A stretch of 64,000 nucleotides of DNA from a virus. Where the stretch lies: the IMG/VR virus record IMGVR_UViG_3300025705_000581. The stretch is one strand, 5' to 3'. This document shows positions 18,372 through 27,935 of the stretch, piece after piece. A program made the position numbers and the translations under genes. Position 1 is the stretch's first letter. Each line of letters starts with the position of its first letter. The notes below the pieces were generated by a model. The model saw only the letters and a list, made by a program, of their open reading frames with translations. It did no database searches and was not told the origin of the DNA.

Positions 18372-18761
18372 ATGGGTACTTCATCAATGATCGCAAACTA
18401 CAACGAAGACGGTACAGTTACAGCAACATATTGCCATTACGATGGTTATCTTGCTTATAACGGCCGTCTTCTTTTTGAATCATATAACACTCCTGAAAAA
18501 GCAAAAGCTGTTGCTAATGCAGGTTATATCTCAGGTTTAAAAGAAGACTTGCAAACATCTTTAGATGAGTCAGTACATTCAAACCAATCTCCTGTAACAT
18601 ACAATTCAGTTGAAGATTTTCTGGCAAATGGCCGTGAATATGCTTGTGCTGATTACCTTTACCTGTTTGATGGTGAAGCATGGTTCTTTGCTTCAACTAT
18701 GAATAACGGTCCATGGTTGATGGAAGAAGTTGAAATGAATTTAGCGGTGGAGGCGGCATAA
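18372..18761 (+). CDS. hypothetical early protein
   Basis: MGTSSMI...YCHYDGY motif of a widespread phage family; AAGGA SD. Confidence 0.65.
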   Translation: MGTSSMIANYNEDGTVTATYCHYDGYLAYNGRLLFESYNTPEKAKAVANAGYISGLKEDLQTSLDESVHSNQSPVTYNSVEDFLANGREYACADYLYLFDGEAWFFASTMNNGPWLMEEVEMNLAVEAA

Positions 18762-18786
18762 ATTTGAAATTAAATCAAATTAACCA

Positions 18787-18821
18787 TTGACATTCTCCGT
18801 AGAATCAGTTATATTAGAATC
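18787..18821 (+). promoter_or_regulatory. sigma70-type early promoter with two GANTC sites
   Basis: TTGACA-17nt-TATATT; GAATC at 18802 and 18817; AT-rich UP-like element upstream. Confidence 0.85.
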
Positions 18822-18842
18822 ATCAACAAAAGGAAAAACCAA

Positions 18843-19208
18843 ATGACTACACAATTTAAAAACTTTGATCGCAAAAACCTGAAATCACTTCGTCAAGAAA
18901 TGAGTGCACTACTTGCATCTTATGGTGTATCAAGCAACCTTGATATTGAAGTTGGCAATATGTCTTTCAGTGATGCTGAAGTAAATATCAAAGTTTCAGC
19001 AAAAGTTAAAGGTGCGGTTACTATGACTGATCGCATTCTTCAAATGGAAGTTGACCGTTTGGGTCTTTCTATGAAAAACCGTGATGGTGATGAACTCATT
19101 GAGTACAAAACCCGCTCACCAAAATATGCCTTTGTTTTCCGTTGTGGTAAAACTGGCAAAATGTTTAAAACCGATGAGCGTGCTGCAATCCGGCGGTTCG
19201 CATCCTAA
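18843..19208 (+). CDS. hypothetical early protein
   Basis: First gene after early promoter; AAGGA SD. Confidence 0.65.
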   Translation: MTTQFKNFDRKNLKSLRQEMSALLASYGVSSNLDIEVGNMSFSDAEVNIKVSAKVKGAVTMTDRILQMEVDRLGLSMKNRDGDELIEYKTRSPKYAFVFRCGKTGKMFKTDERAAIRRFAS

Positions 19209-19223
19209 GAAAGGAAATATATT

Positions 19224-19805
19224 ATGAATAAACGTGAAAAATTAATTTTAGTCGACTGTGATGGTGTATTGCTTGATTGGCAATACTCCTTCTATCAATG
19301 GATGGAAGCTCGTGGTCATTACGCAAAAGACATTGCTGAATATGATATGGGTCAAGTTTTTGATATGTCATATGACAAAGCAAAAGAAATGTGTGAGTAC
19401 TTTAACTGCTCTGCTGCAATCGGTTGGTTATCACCATTCCGTGATGCAAAGAAATATGTTAAAAAACTCAATGAAGATCACGGGTACATCTTCCATTGTA
19501 TCACTTCACTGTCGACTGACAAATATGCTGGTAAGCTTCGAATGAAAAACCTTGAAGCAGTATTCGGTAAGAAAGTGTTTGAAGAACTTATCTGCCTACC
19601 ATGTGGTGGTGATAAAGATAGTGCTCTTGAAGCATACCGTGACTCAGGTTGTTTTTGGGTTGAAGATAAACCTGAGAACGCCGTAACCGGTTCTAAATTT
19701 GGTCTTGAATCACTATTGATTGAACATCCACACAATAAAGATTTTTCTCACACTGATGTGGTAAATGTTAAAAATTGGCGTGAAATCTATGATCTTATTG
19801 TATAA
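19224..19805 (+). CDS. 5'(3')-deoxyribonucleotidase-like HAD phosphatase
   Basis: VDCDGVLLDW, CITS, WVEDKPENA. Confidence 0.8.
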   Translation: MNKREKLILVDCDGVLLDWQYSFYQWMEARGHYAKDIAEYDMGQVFDMSYDKAKEMCEYFNCSAAIGWLSPFRDAKKYVKKLNEDHGYIFHCITSLSTDKYAGKLRMKNLEAVFGKKVFEELICLPCGGDKDSALEAYRDSGCFWVEDKPENAVTGSKFGLESLLIEHPHNKDFSHTDVVNVKNWREIYDLIV

Positions 19806-19808
19806 ATA
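19801..19808 (+). promoter_or_regulatory. T4-type late promoter
   Basis: Exact TATAAATA. Confidence 0.7.
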
Positions 19809-19837
19809 ATGCTAACAGATGTTAGTTAGATTATGTG

Positions 19838-19864
19838 AAGGCAATCTGTTAAGGTTGCCTTTTT
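19838..19864 (+). terminator. intrinsic terminator-like hairpin
   Basis: AAGGCAATC / GGTTGCCTT stem followed by T run. Confidence 0.6.
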
Positions 19865-19883
19865 CCATTTTAAAGGAGTATGA

Positions 19884-20144
19884 ATGCCTGTATATAGTTT
19901 TGAGAATAAAGAAACAAATGAACAATTTGAATTGACAATGAGTATGGCTGAACGAGAGCCGTACCTAGAAGCAAACCCCAATATAAAACAGATATTTACG
20001 AAGTTTCCGGGAATCGGTGACCCGGCACGTCTCGGCATTAAAAAAGTTGACGACGGTTTTAAAGATGTGCTTAAAAATGTAAAGAAGCATCATCCAGGTT
20101 CAATTAAAAAGGATGGTGTAAAAAATAAAATTAACACATGGTAA
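19884..20144 (+). CDS. FmdB-like small protein (T4-like phage type, Cys-less)
   Basis: MPVYSF...T.E.FE..MS, GFKDVLK. Confidence 0.6.
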   Translation: MPVYSFENKETNEQFELTMSMAEREPYLEANPNIKQIFTKFPGIGDPARLGIKKVDDGFKDVLKNVKKHHPGSIKKDGVKNKINTW

Positions 20145-20163
20145 TACACCATTAGGAGGTTTC

Positions 20164-20913
20164 ATGGCTAAACAGCGAAGATTATCCCGTAAAGAAAAAA
20201 GAAGAGTAGAACGTGAACAGGATTATATGATGGGTATTTTAAACACTAAGTTTTCAATGCGAAAGATTAAACCACTCACACCATCACAATCTGATCTATT
20301 TCAATCTTATAACAAAGGATACAATATCGCAGCTATCGGAACAGCAGGTACAGGAAAAACAATGTGTGCTACATACTTGGCACTCAATGATGTACTACAG
20401 AAAGGAGAGTATGAAAAGATCATCATTATTAGATCTGCAGTTCAGACACGCGAGCAGGGCTTTATGCCCGGATCACAAGCACAAAAAGAAGCGGTATTTG
20501 AAGCACCATATACCGATATTGTGAATGACTTATTTGGAAGAAAGGATGCTTATCAAGTTCTAAAAACAAAAGGAATGATTGAGTTTAAAACTTCATCATT
20601 TGTCCGAGGATTAACTTTTGACAACGCAGTTATTATCGTGGATGAATGTCAATCAATGACATACCATGAACTTGACAGTATTATTACTCGCGTCGGAGAA
20701 TCATCAAAGATTGTATTTTGTGGCGACACAAAACAAGATGATCTACAACAATCTAAAAACCGTGCTGATATTTCAGGATTAGTAAGCTTTATTAAAGTAT
20801 TGAATGCTATACCGTCCTGCGATGTTGTAAAATTTGGAGTGGAAGATATTGTCCGCTCGGGATTGGTAAAAGAATATATAATTGCAAAAGAGAAACTATT
20901 AGAGGCCGCATAA
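20164..20913 (+). CDS. phoH: PhoH-family ATPase
   Basis: GTAGTGKT, GFMPG, RGLTF, IVDECQ, GDTKQDDL, DIVRSGLVK. Confidence 0.93.
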   Translation: MAKQRRLSRKEKRRVEREQDYMMGILNTKFSMRKIKPLTPSQSDLFQSYNKGYNIAAIGTAGTGKTMCATYLALNDVLQKGEYEKIIIIRSAVQTREQGFMPGSQAQKEAVFEAPYTDIVNDLFGRKDAYQVLKTKGMIEFKTSSFVRGLTFDNAVIIVDECQSMTYHELDSIITRVGESSKIVFCGDTKQDDLQQSKNRADISGLVSFIKVLNAIPSCDVVKFGVEDIVRSGLVKEYIIAKEKLLEAA

Positions 20914-21212
20914 TGCCAGCAGTTATAAGAAAAGGGATAGATAGTCATATTGGACATTTCAGTACAACTCCCAACCCTTTTCACAAAACTAAATATGTTG
21001 TTGCAGGACAAGGTAAGGTTACCGCTCAAGGTGGCCTTGCCGTAACAACAGGTGGATCAACAGCCTGCGGTGATGATGCCGTGGGCGGTTCATCAAAAGT
21101 ATCGGCGGGTGGATATGCCGTTCATAGAACTGGTGATGCCACAAGTGGTCATGGTAGTTATCTTGCAAATGCCGCAGCGGCAGGTTCAGACAAGGTTACC
21201 GCCGGCGGATAA
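20913..21212 (+). CDS. PAAR spike-tip protein (gp5.4-like)
   Basis: MPAVIRKG.D.H.GH, GSSKV.AGG..VHRTGD, Gly/Ala-rich. Confidence 0.8.
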   Translation: MPAVIRKGIDSHIGHFSTTPNPFHKTKYVVAGQGKVTAQGGLAVTTGGSTACGDDAVGGSSKVSAGGYAVHRTGDATSGHGSYLANAAAAGSDKVTAGG

Positions 21213-21215
21213 ATA
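21208..21215 (+). promoter_or_regulatory. late promoter-like box
   Basis: GATAAATA 4 nt upstream of ATG 21220. Confidence 0.55.
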
Positions 21216-21219
21216 ACGC

Positions 21220-21450
21220 ATGGCAAATCCAAATTACGCATCCTTATTAGCACAAATTGCAGCGGAGACCGATCCCGTTGCTAAAGCAGCTTTGGAAGCA
21301 CAACTTGTTATTAATACAGAACTTACAGAAGAAGAAATAGAATTATTTGAGTATACCACATTTGACTATATTGAATTTAACCCGGGTTATAATAACGAGT
21401 TCAAATCATATGTTGGCGAATACTTTAATGACGACGGAGATTCAACCTAA
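21220..21450 (+). CDS. hypothetical acidic protein (probably late)
   Basis: ORF track; stop overlaps ATG of fibre gene. Confidence 0.55.
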   Translation: MANPNYASLLAQIAAETDPVAKAALEAQLVINTELTEEEIELFEYTTFDYIEFNPGYNNEFKSYVGEYFNDDGDST

Positions 21451-24400
21451 TGGCTATTACCAAAAGAAGCACTAAAGGCACCTCATTAACATATAATGAG
21501 ATGGACGATAACTTTGAAGCAATCGCACCGAGAACATCCGCGGAAGGTTCACTGCAATTACCATCAGGTTCAACAACCCAACGAGATACAACACCGGTTA
21601 ATGGTTATATACGATATAACAGTACACTGAACCAATTTGAAGGTTATGTGAGTGGGCAATGGGAACGGGTTGAGTCAACAACACAAGTTGGTACAGCAAA
21701 CCAAAATGCGTTTTCTGAATTTATTATTGCAGGACAAACAAGTATCCTGGCGGATGCTGTCACGGATAGTATTACTTTTGCAAACAATGCTGGTATTTCT
21801 ATTACGACCGATCCGTTAACCTCAACAATAACTTTTGAAAACACATCTATCCAAGATTTTGCTTTCTCAAGTTTAACAGGTGTACCAACAACAATTAGCG
21901 GTTATGGTATTACCGATGCATTTGATGGTGACTATACGAACTTAACAAATAAACCTACCATACCGACTAATAACAATGAGCTATTAAACGGTGCAGGATA
22001 TATCAGTTCGTTTACAGAAACCGATCCTGTATTCTCGGCATCCGCTGCTGCAAATATCATTTCGTCACAAGTTAGTAATTGGGATACTGCATATGGTTGG
22101 GGTGACCATTCTGTTCAAGGATATATCACTACCGAATCAAATGACTTAACTGTTGGTGTTACGTGGGTAACAGTTCCTGATCTTTATATTGCCAACACCG
22201 CGGTTGTTCAGCATCAGGCTGACCTATCAATTACTGAAAGTCAAATATCTGATCTTGGATCATATATAACTGAGGTACCTTCTGAATATTTAACCGAGAC
22301 TGAAGGTGATGCTCGATATGTTGCTACCGAGACTGATCCTGTATTTAGTGCGCATACAACTTCAAATATTGTTGATGGCACAGGCTATCTTTATAATAAC
22401 GGTAGCGGAACATGGATTTACGGTATACCAGGTGGTGGCGGTGGATCTGAGGTAAACGATTTAACAAGTGTAGTTACGTGGACAACAGTTCCTAATGCAT
22501 ATATTTCAGAATCAAGTGTTACACAACACCAAGCCGCATTATCAATTACTGAAAGCCAAATATCTGATTTTGGTAGTTACCTTGCCGATGATTATACTTA
22601 TACTGAAACTGATCCTATATTCTTGGCATCACCAGTTGGATCGGTAACAACAACACAAGTTAATAATTGGGATACTGCTTATGGTTGGGGTGACCACTCA
22701 ACACAAGGATATCTGACAGGTTCAGGTATTACCGAAACCGATCCTGTCTTTACCGCAGCGACAGTTAGTAGTATTACTGATGGTACAGGTTATCTTACAA
22801 ACGACGGGTCAGGTAATTGGTCTTATGTTTCACCAAGTACTTTTATTACTCAAGGTAATGAAACAGTCACAACTTTAACTGCTGATTCAGTAAATCAAAG
22901 ATTGGTATATACCGACGAAGATGGTACAAGTAATAATATTGATTTATCTTGGACAATTGATGATACCAATCTTGCAAGACTTACATCAGGATCCGTTAAT
23001 TCTAACACAAAGATTGCCACATTTACTCGAGATGATAATACAACCTTTACAATAGATTTTAGTTCAATTGCCGCACCTTTAACAGGTTTGGTTGATGGTG
23101 ACTTCACATCGGAAGGTTTGATGAAAAGAGGTCAAAATGCCGGTGATTATGAAATCATAACCGATAATTCTAGTAATTGGAATACTGCCTATGGTTGGGG
23201 AGATCACAGTACAGCAGGTTATAGCACTACATCTTATTCAAACTCCGATGTTGATGCGCACTTAAATCAAGGTAGTGCATCCTCAGGTCAACTCCTAAGT
23301 TGGAACGGATCAGATTATCAATTTGTTGATCCTTCTTCAAGTGGTATTGCACTTACTGATTTAAGTGTGATTACAAATACACCAGGATCACCTACTTTAT
23401 CTTATAATAATTCAACAGGACAATTTACTTATACTCCACCAGATTTAAGTTCTTACATAACAAGCGAAACGTCACACGTCGACGTTGTTGTTGATGGCGA
23501 CTTTGCAACTACAGGATTGATGAAAAGAGGTGTAAGTGCAGGATCTTATTCAACAATCACAGATAATTCCAGCGATTGGAATACTGCTTATGGTTGGGGT
23601 GACCACGCTCAAGCAGGTTATGCAACAGGTACTCTTTATACCGATACTGATGTTGATAACCATTTAAATAGTTCAACTGCAACTGTTAATCAAATATTAT
23701 CATGGACAGGCGCAGATTACGATTGGATAACATTAGCAACATCAAGTTATGGTGATAGTGATGTGGACACGCACTTAAATCAAGCATCCGCTGGAACAAA
23801 CAATGTTTTAATTTGGGATGGTACTGACTATGCATGGACAACACAAGTATCAGGTGGCATTGCCTCAGTTAATGATGATACTTCTCCATCATTAGGCGGT
23901 AACTTAGATCTTAACGGATATAACATTAGTGGTACAATAATTGACCTTAACGCAACAAGTTATGTCGGTATTCCTGGCACAACTCTCGATGGCGGTAAGC
24001 TTATGCTTAATAAAGGGCAAACAGGTACGCCATCATCAGCTACATCCAATTACTCTTATATTGCAGTCGAACGCGGTAACTCTAATGACGTATCCCTTCG
24101 TTGGAATGAAGGTACGGACAAATGGGAATTTACAAATAACGGCACCTCTTGGGAAGAAATGGGATCAAACACACCTGATTGGTCATCTATTCAAAATACT
24201 CCTACAACCATTTCAGGATACGGAATTACCGACGCATATGATAATTCCGCGGTTGATACACACTTAAACCTCGGTACAGCACAAGTAAACGAAGTACTTA
24301 CTTGGGATGGTTCTGACTATGCATGGTCACAAGCAACAGGTGGTGCAGCTGCAACTGAGAATGTTAATTATGTTACCATATCAGGATCAACAACAATTCT

Positions 24401-26714
24401 TCTTGCTAACGAAGGTCATTTTAACTTAAGTATTACAAGTGCATCAAACGGAGCAACCATTTTCCTTTCAGGTACAGGATTTACTCCATCGGACGAGTTC
24501 CATGAATTTTATGTTCTATATGTTAGATCAACAAGTTCAAGCCCTGTTATTACCTGGGACTCAAATATCTTTTGGGCATATCCAGGCGGTGCACCTGCCT
24601 TACCTGATTTTGGTAAAAGTACTCTTATAAGATTTGTTAGTTATAATGCAAATGCCGTGTCACCATCTGTACCTTATTATACTGCTTTTGTTGAAGTAGA
24701 AAACATATTACCCGACGGCCGTGGTGGACAAAACGCAGGATCATTTAATTATAGTGTCGCATATACAGGCACGCTGCCTGTGAAATTTGGCGGCGCGGTT
24801 TCACCTGAACCCGGTGTACAAGATGGTAATGTTTATGGGGCAGGAAACTTTGGTGATGGCGCGCATTGGTTTAATATTGATGGTGATACTCCTGGATATA
24901 TTTGGGGCCATGCATCAGGCGCTTTATATTGTGTTGCTACACAACAATTTGGCGGTGGTGCTTATCAGCCTGGTACTGAGTCAATGTTTGAAAGTAACCA
25001 ATTTAAAGACTTAAGTTCTACTGCAGCAAATTCACCGTTTATGAGTCCAGACGGACTTAAGTATTACAAAGTTACTAACGATTACAGCCAATCGCCTTCT
25101 GGATATAAACTTCAACAGCATACCGTAGGTACTGCATTTGATTTAAGTACGATAGCTTCAAGTCCAACCAACACTATTCAAATTACCGATACGGCAACAA
25201 ACCAAAACTTCTATGATAGTAGTGGAAATTGGGGACGGCCTACTCATATAAATTTTTCAAGTGATGGTACAAAGTTGTTTATTGGCGGAAGAATTGCAGT
25301 ATTAGCAAGATATGATTTAAGTGTAGCTTGGGATATTTCCACCGTAACTTTTTCATCAGGTACTATTGCTCAAGCAGATCAGGCGGTACGGTTCCAATCC
25401 TCAACATCAACCACAAGCAGTGGGAGCTGGTTTATGACAAAGGATGGATCTCAGGTTTGGTTCCAAAATGGCCAATCAGGTGCCATTATGAGTGTTAATA
25501 TTCCAACACCTTATGATTTATCTTCAGTAACAAATCCAACTACGGATCCTGTATCACAAGGTAACTATTCTGGTGAATCATCAGCATGGCCGTCAAATGG
25601 TTATCCCGGTGGTCTCCTATGGAGTGAGGCAACCGCAACAGAAGCAGCAGGTAAATATTTCTTTATGATAAGAAATGCATCAGGTTCTTGCCCGACGTGC
25701 CATCGTGGAACTTGTAGCACTCCATACGATTTATCTACAATTACCTGGGATGAAATTTTACCCACAGGTAGTAATATAGGAGCGTTAAGGGATCAAAACG
25801 ATAATAATGAAATCTCTCTAACGATTAATATGGAAGATGGCATATATTTTAGAAACGAAAGTCAAGCAAGTAGCACAGATAATTACGTCGTGGTTTTAAG
25901 TTATACGAACTCTGCCTATGGGTTACAGAGATGGGTACATTCAATATCTAACGGTAAGATTAATACAATAAATCCATTGTATTATGCCGACGATAGTAAT
26001 TATGACGGAGGGGAATACAGACCATTTGGCGTAGACTTTACTCAAACTGAACAAATGGTATTTTTGGAAAGAAGAAGACAATCTGGCAGTCCTATTACTT
26101 ATAATTGGTATATAACTTATTGCGCTAAGCAAATTACAAGTGGTTCAGCTACGTTACCTGGACTTTCACGTAAAGATATTACAAGCGTGATAACCGAAGG
26201 CGGCACAGTGTCAAGCCTGAGCCAAATGTATGTAGTCGGTTTACAGTTAAGAAAAGATCAGCTTTGGGCAACCAACGGTAACCCTGAAATGTATATCTTG
26301 AAAATGATTGGGGCACCAAGCCAGGTTTATCTCCAAAGAGTTGTTAATACGGCAGGTAGAACATCGGCAAATAACAGTAATGCCGGTTGGTCCACCTCAG
26401 CCCCTTATACAGTATTAGATTTATATAACTTAACAAACTATCCTCAAAATTCTAGGATTGCTGATTTTGTTATAACTCCTGACGGTACAAGAATTATTTG
26501 TGTATTTGAAGATGCGTCTTTGCATCAGTGGTCAATGTCCTCAGCTTGGGATATTACAAGTACAATTACTCACGACGGATCACAGTATATACCGATTAAA
26601 CGAGCAACTGCTAATATGCCTACACATATCCGTTTTAATTCAGACGGTACATTAGTTTACATTGTGAATAGAGATGGCATGGTTTATCAATATTCAGTTC
26701 TATTAGATATTTAA
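21450..26714 (+). CDS. large fibre/virion structural protein with stalk repeats and C-terminal beta-propeller-like region
   Basis: N-term LT..EMDDNF and GYIRYNSTLNQFEGY; 4x W(D/N)TAYGWGDH, 4x ETDP(V/I)F, 4x VD.HLN; C-term (Y/F)DLS and AWDI repeats; Ser/Thr/Gly-rich. Confidence 0.8.
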   Translation: MAITKRSTKGTSLTYNEMDDNFEAIAPRTSAEGSLQLPSGSTTQRDTTPVNGYIRYNSTLNQFEGYVSGQWERVESTTQVGTANQNAFSEFIIAGQTSILADAVTDSITFANNAGISITTDPLTSTITFENTSIQDFAFSSLTGVPTTISGYGITDAFDGDYTNLTNKPTIPTNNNELLNGAGYISSFTETDPVFSASAAANIISSQVSNWDTAYGWGDHSVQGYITTESNDLTVGVTWVTVPDLYIANTAVVQHQADLSITESQISDLGSYITEVPSEYLTETEGDARYVATETDPVFSAHTTSNIVDGTGYLYNNGSGTWIYGIPGGGGGSEVNDLTSVVTWTTVPNAYISESSVTQHQAALSITESQISDFGSYLADDYTYTETDPIFLASPVGSVTTTQVNNWDTAYGWGDHSTQGYLTGSGITETDPVFTAATVSSITDGTGYLTNDGSGNWSYVSPSTFITQGNETVTTLTADSVNQRLVYTDEDGTSNNIDLSWTIDDTNLARLTSGSVNSNTKIATFTRDDNTTFTIDFSSIAAPLTGLVDGDFTSEGLMKRGQNAGDYEIITDNSSNWNTAYGWGDHSTAGYSTTSYSNSDVDAHLNQGSASSGQLLSWNGSDYQFVDPSSSGIALTDLSVITNTPGSPTLSYNNSTGQFTYTPPDLSSYITSETSHVDVVVDGDFATTGLMKRGVSAGSYSTITDNSSDWNTAYGWGDHAQAGYATGTLYTDTDVDNHLNSSTATVNQILSWTGADYDWITLATSSYGDSDVDTHLNQASAGTNNVLIWDGTDYAWTTQVSGGIASVNDDTSPSLGGNLDLNGYNISGTIIDLNATSYVGIPGTTLDGGKLMLNKGQTGTPSSATSNYSYIAVERGNSNDVSLRWNEGTDKWEFTNNGTSWEEMGSNTPDWSSIQNTPTTISGYGITDAYDNSAVDTHLNLGTAQVNEVLTWDGSDYAWSQATGGAAATENVNYVTISGSTTILLANEGHFNLSITSASNGATIFLSGTGFTPSDEFHEFYVLYVRSTSSSPVITWDSNIFWAYPGGAPALPDFGKSTLIRFVSYNANAVSPSVPYYTAFVEVENILPDGRGGQNAGSFNYSVAYTGTLPVKFGGAVSPEPGVQDGNVYGAGNFGDGAHWFNIDGDTPGYIWGHASGALYCVATQQFGGGAYQPGTESMFESNQFKDLSSTAANSPFMSPDGLKYYKVTNDYSQSPSGYKLQQHTVGTAFDLSTIASSPTNTIQITDTATNQNFYDSSGNWGRPTHINFSSDGTKLFIGGRIAVLARYDLSVAWDISTVTFSSGTIAQADQAVRFQSSTSTTSSGSWFMTKDGSQVWFQNGQSGAIMSVNIPTPYDLSSVTNPTTDPVSQGNYSGESSAWPSNGYPGGLLWSEATATEAAGKYFFMIRNASGSCPTCHRGTCSTPYDLSTITWDEILPTGSNIGALRDQNDNNEISLTINMEDGIYFRNESQASSTDNYVVVLSYTNSAYGLQRWVHSISNGKINTINPLYYADDSNYDGGEYRPFGVDFTQTEQMVFLERRRQSGSPITYNWYITYCAKQITSGSATLPGLSRKDITSVITEGGTVSSLSQMYVVGLQLRKDQLWATNGNPEMYILKMIGAPSQVYLQRVVNTAGRTSANNSNAGWSTSAPYTVLDLYNLTNYPQNSRIADFVITPDGTRIICVFEDASLHQWSMSSAWDITSTITHDGSQYIPIKRATANMPTHIRFNSDGTLVYIVNRDGMVYQYSVLLDI

Positions 26715-26726
26715 GGAAAGAGAATA

Positions 26727-27158
26727 ATGCTTATACGAGTTAATGAAGATGGTACAATAATATATCCAATAGAAGGTAAGGACATTAAAAAGTACGTTGA
26801 ATTAGAAGGACTTGAGGTTGAAGATTTTACTGATTTGGATCTCTCAACAATTAGGATATATCCAGTTGATATACAAAATCCTGTAGGTACTGAATCGCAA
26901 TCCGCGGTGCAGCATACCGAACCGACATTGGTTGATGGCAATTGGGTTTTAGGATTTGATTTAGTATACCATGCTGATGAGGAATTAATTCAAAGCGCAA
27001 GTATTAAAAGGTGGACACTATTATCTGAAACTGATTGGATGGCATTATCGGATGTGACCATAAGTGATGATTGGAGAACCTATCGACAAGCACTGCGTGA
27101 TATTACTGAACAGGACGGATATCCTCAGATTATTAATTGGCCAACAAAACCTAGTTGA
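26727..27158 (+). CDS. tail fibre assembly chaperone
   Basis: LLSETDW.ALSD, WRTYRQALRDITEQ.GYP..I.WP.KP. Confidence 0.85.
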   Translation: MLIRVNEDGTIIYPIEGKDIKKYVELEGLEVEDFTDLDLSTIRIYPVDIQNPVGTESQSAVQHTEPTLVDGNWVLGFDLVYHADEELIQSASIKRWTLLSETDWMALSDVTISDDWRTYRQALRDITEQDGYPQIINWPTKPS

Positions 27159-27194
27159 CAAGTTCCTGCTTCTATGATATTATACAATGGAATC
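27155..27194 (+). promoter_or_regulatory. sigma70-type promoter variant with GANTC near start site
   Basis: TTGACA-17nt-TATTAT (TGn extended)-6nt-GAATC. Confidence 0.65.
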
Positions 27195-27210
27195 AGATAA
27201 AGGATATATT

Positions 27211-27876
27211 ATGTTTAACCATGTTGACCACGGTGTTGTGTTACCAAAGATTACACGAGGTGCAGTAAACGGTCACCGCAAGTACTACACACCTGAAGGT
27301 AATGCTTACCCATCAATTACAACAGTTTTATCCATACTTTCAAAAGAAGGAATTATGGAATGGCGTAAACGTGTTGGTGAAGAGGAAGCAAATAAGATTT
27401 CTCGTCAAGCAGCAACTCGTGGTACAGCAGTACACAAACTTGCTGAAGATTACCTTAACAATGATCCAAATTGGCAAGGTAAACAAATGCCTGCTAATTT
27501 AAATTCATTTAATGATTTGAGAAAGATTATCGACGGCCGTTTAGATAACGTGTGGATGCAAGAAGAGTTTCTTTACAGTGATAAACTTAAGACTGCAGGT
27601 CAGGTTGATTGTATTGCCGAATACGATGGTGAACTATCAGTAATTGATTTTAAAACAAGTCGTAAACCAAAGAAGGCAGAATGGATTGAAGGTTACTTTA
27701 TTCAAGCATCATTTTATGCCGCGGCATTCCTTGAAAGAACAGGTATACCAATCAAACAAGCAGTAATCCTTATTACAGTTGATGGCCATGAGGCACAAGT
27801 ATTTAAGATCAGAACATTTGATTATCTTGAACACTTCCTTGCGGTCCGTAAAAAATATGGTGAAGTAAATGAATAA
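27211..27876 (+). CDS. PD-(D/E)XK exonuclease (Cas4-like fold)
   Basis: YPSITTVLS, RGTAVH, AGQVDCI, IDFKTS, YFIQ..FYA. Confidence 0.85.
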   Translation: MFNHVDHGVVLPKITRGAVNGHRKYYTPEGNAYPSITTVLSILSKEGIMEWRKRVGEEEANKISRQAATRGTAVHKLAEDYLNNDPNWQGKQMPANLNSFNDLRKIIDGRLDNVWMQEEFLYSDKLKTAGQVDCIAEYDGELSVIDFKTSRKPKKAEWIEGYFIQASFYAAAFLERTGIPIKQAVILITVDGHEAQVFKIRTFDYLEHFLAVRKKYGEVNE

Positions 27877-27900
27877 TTTGAAATTAAATCAAATTAACCA

Positions 27901-27935
27901 TTGACATTTGGTATAGAATCAGTTATATTAGAATC
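27901..27935 (+). promoter_or_regulatory. sigma70-type early promoter with two GANTC sites
   Basis: TTGACA-17nt-TATATT; GAATC at 27916 and 27931. Confidence 0.85.

Noticed and set aside
19884-20144. Loss of zinc-ribbon cysteines in the FmdB-like protein as a novelty
   Set aside because: Cys-less versions are, to my knowledge, usual in T4-like marine phages
25687-25704. CPTCH (CxxCH haem-binding motif) in the 1754-aa fibre-like protein
   Set aside because: Single motif in a cytoplasmically assembled virion protein with no signal peptide or cytochrome context; most likely chance or a metal/disulfide site
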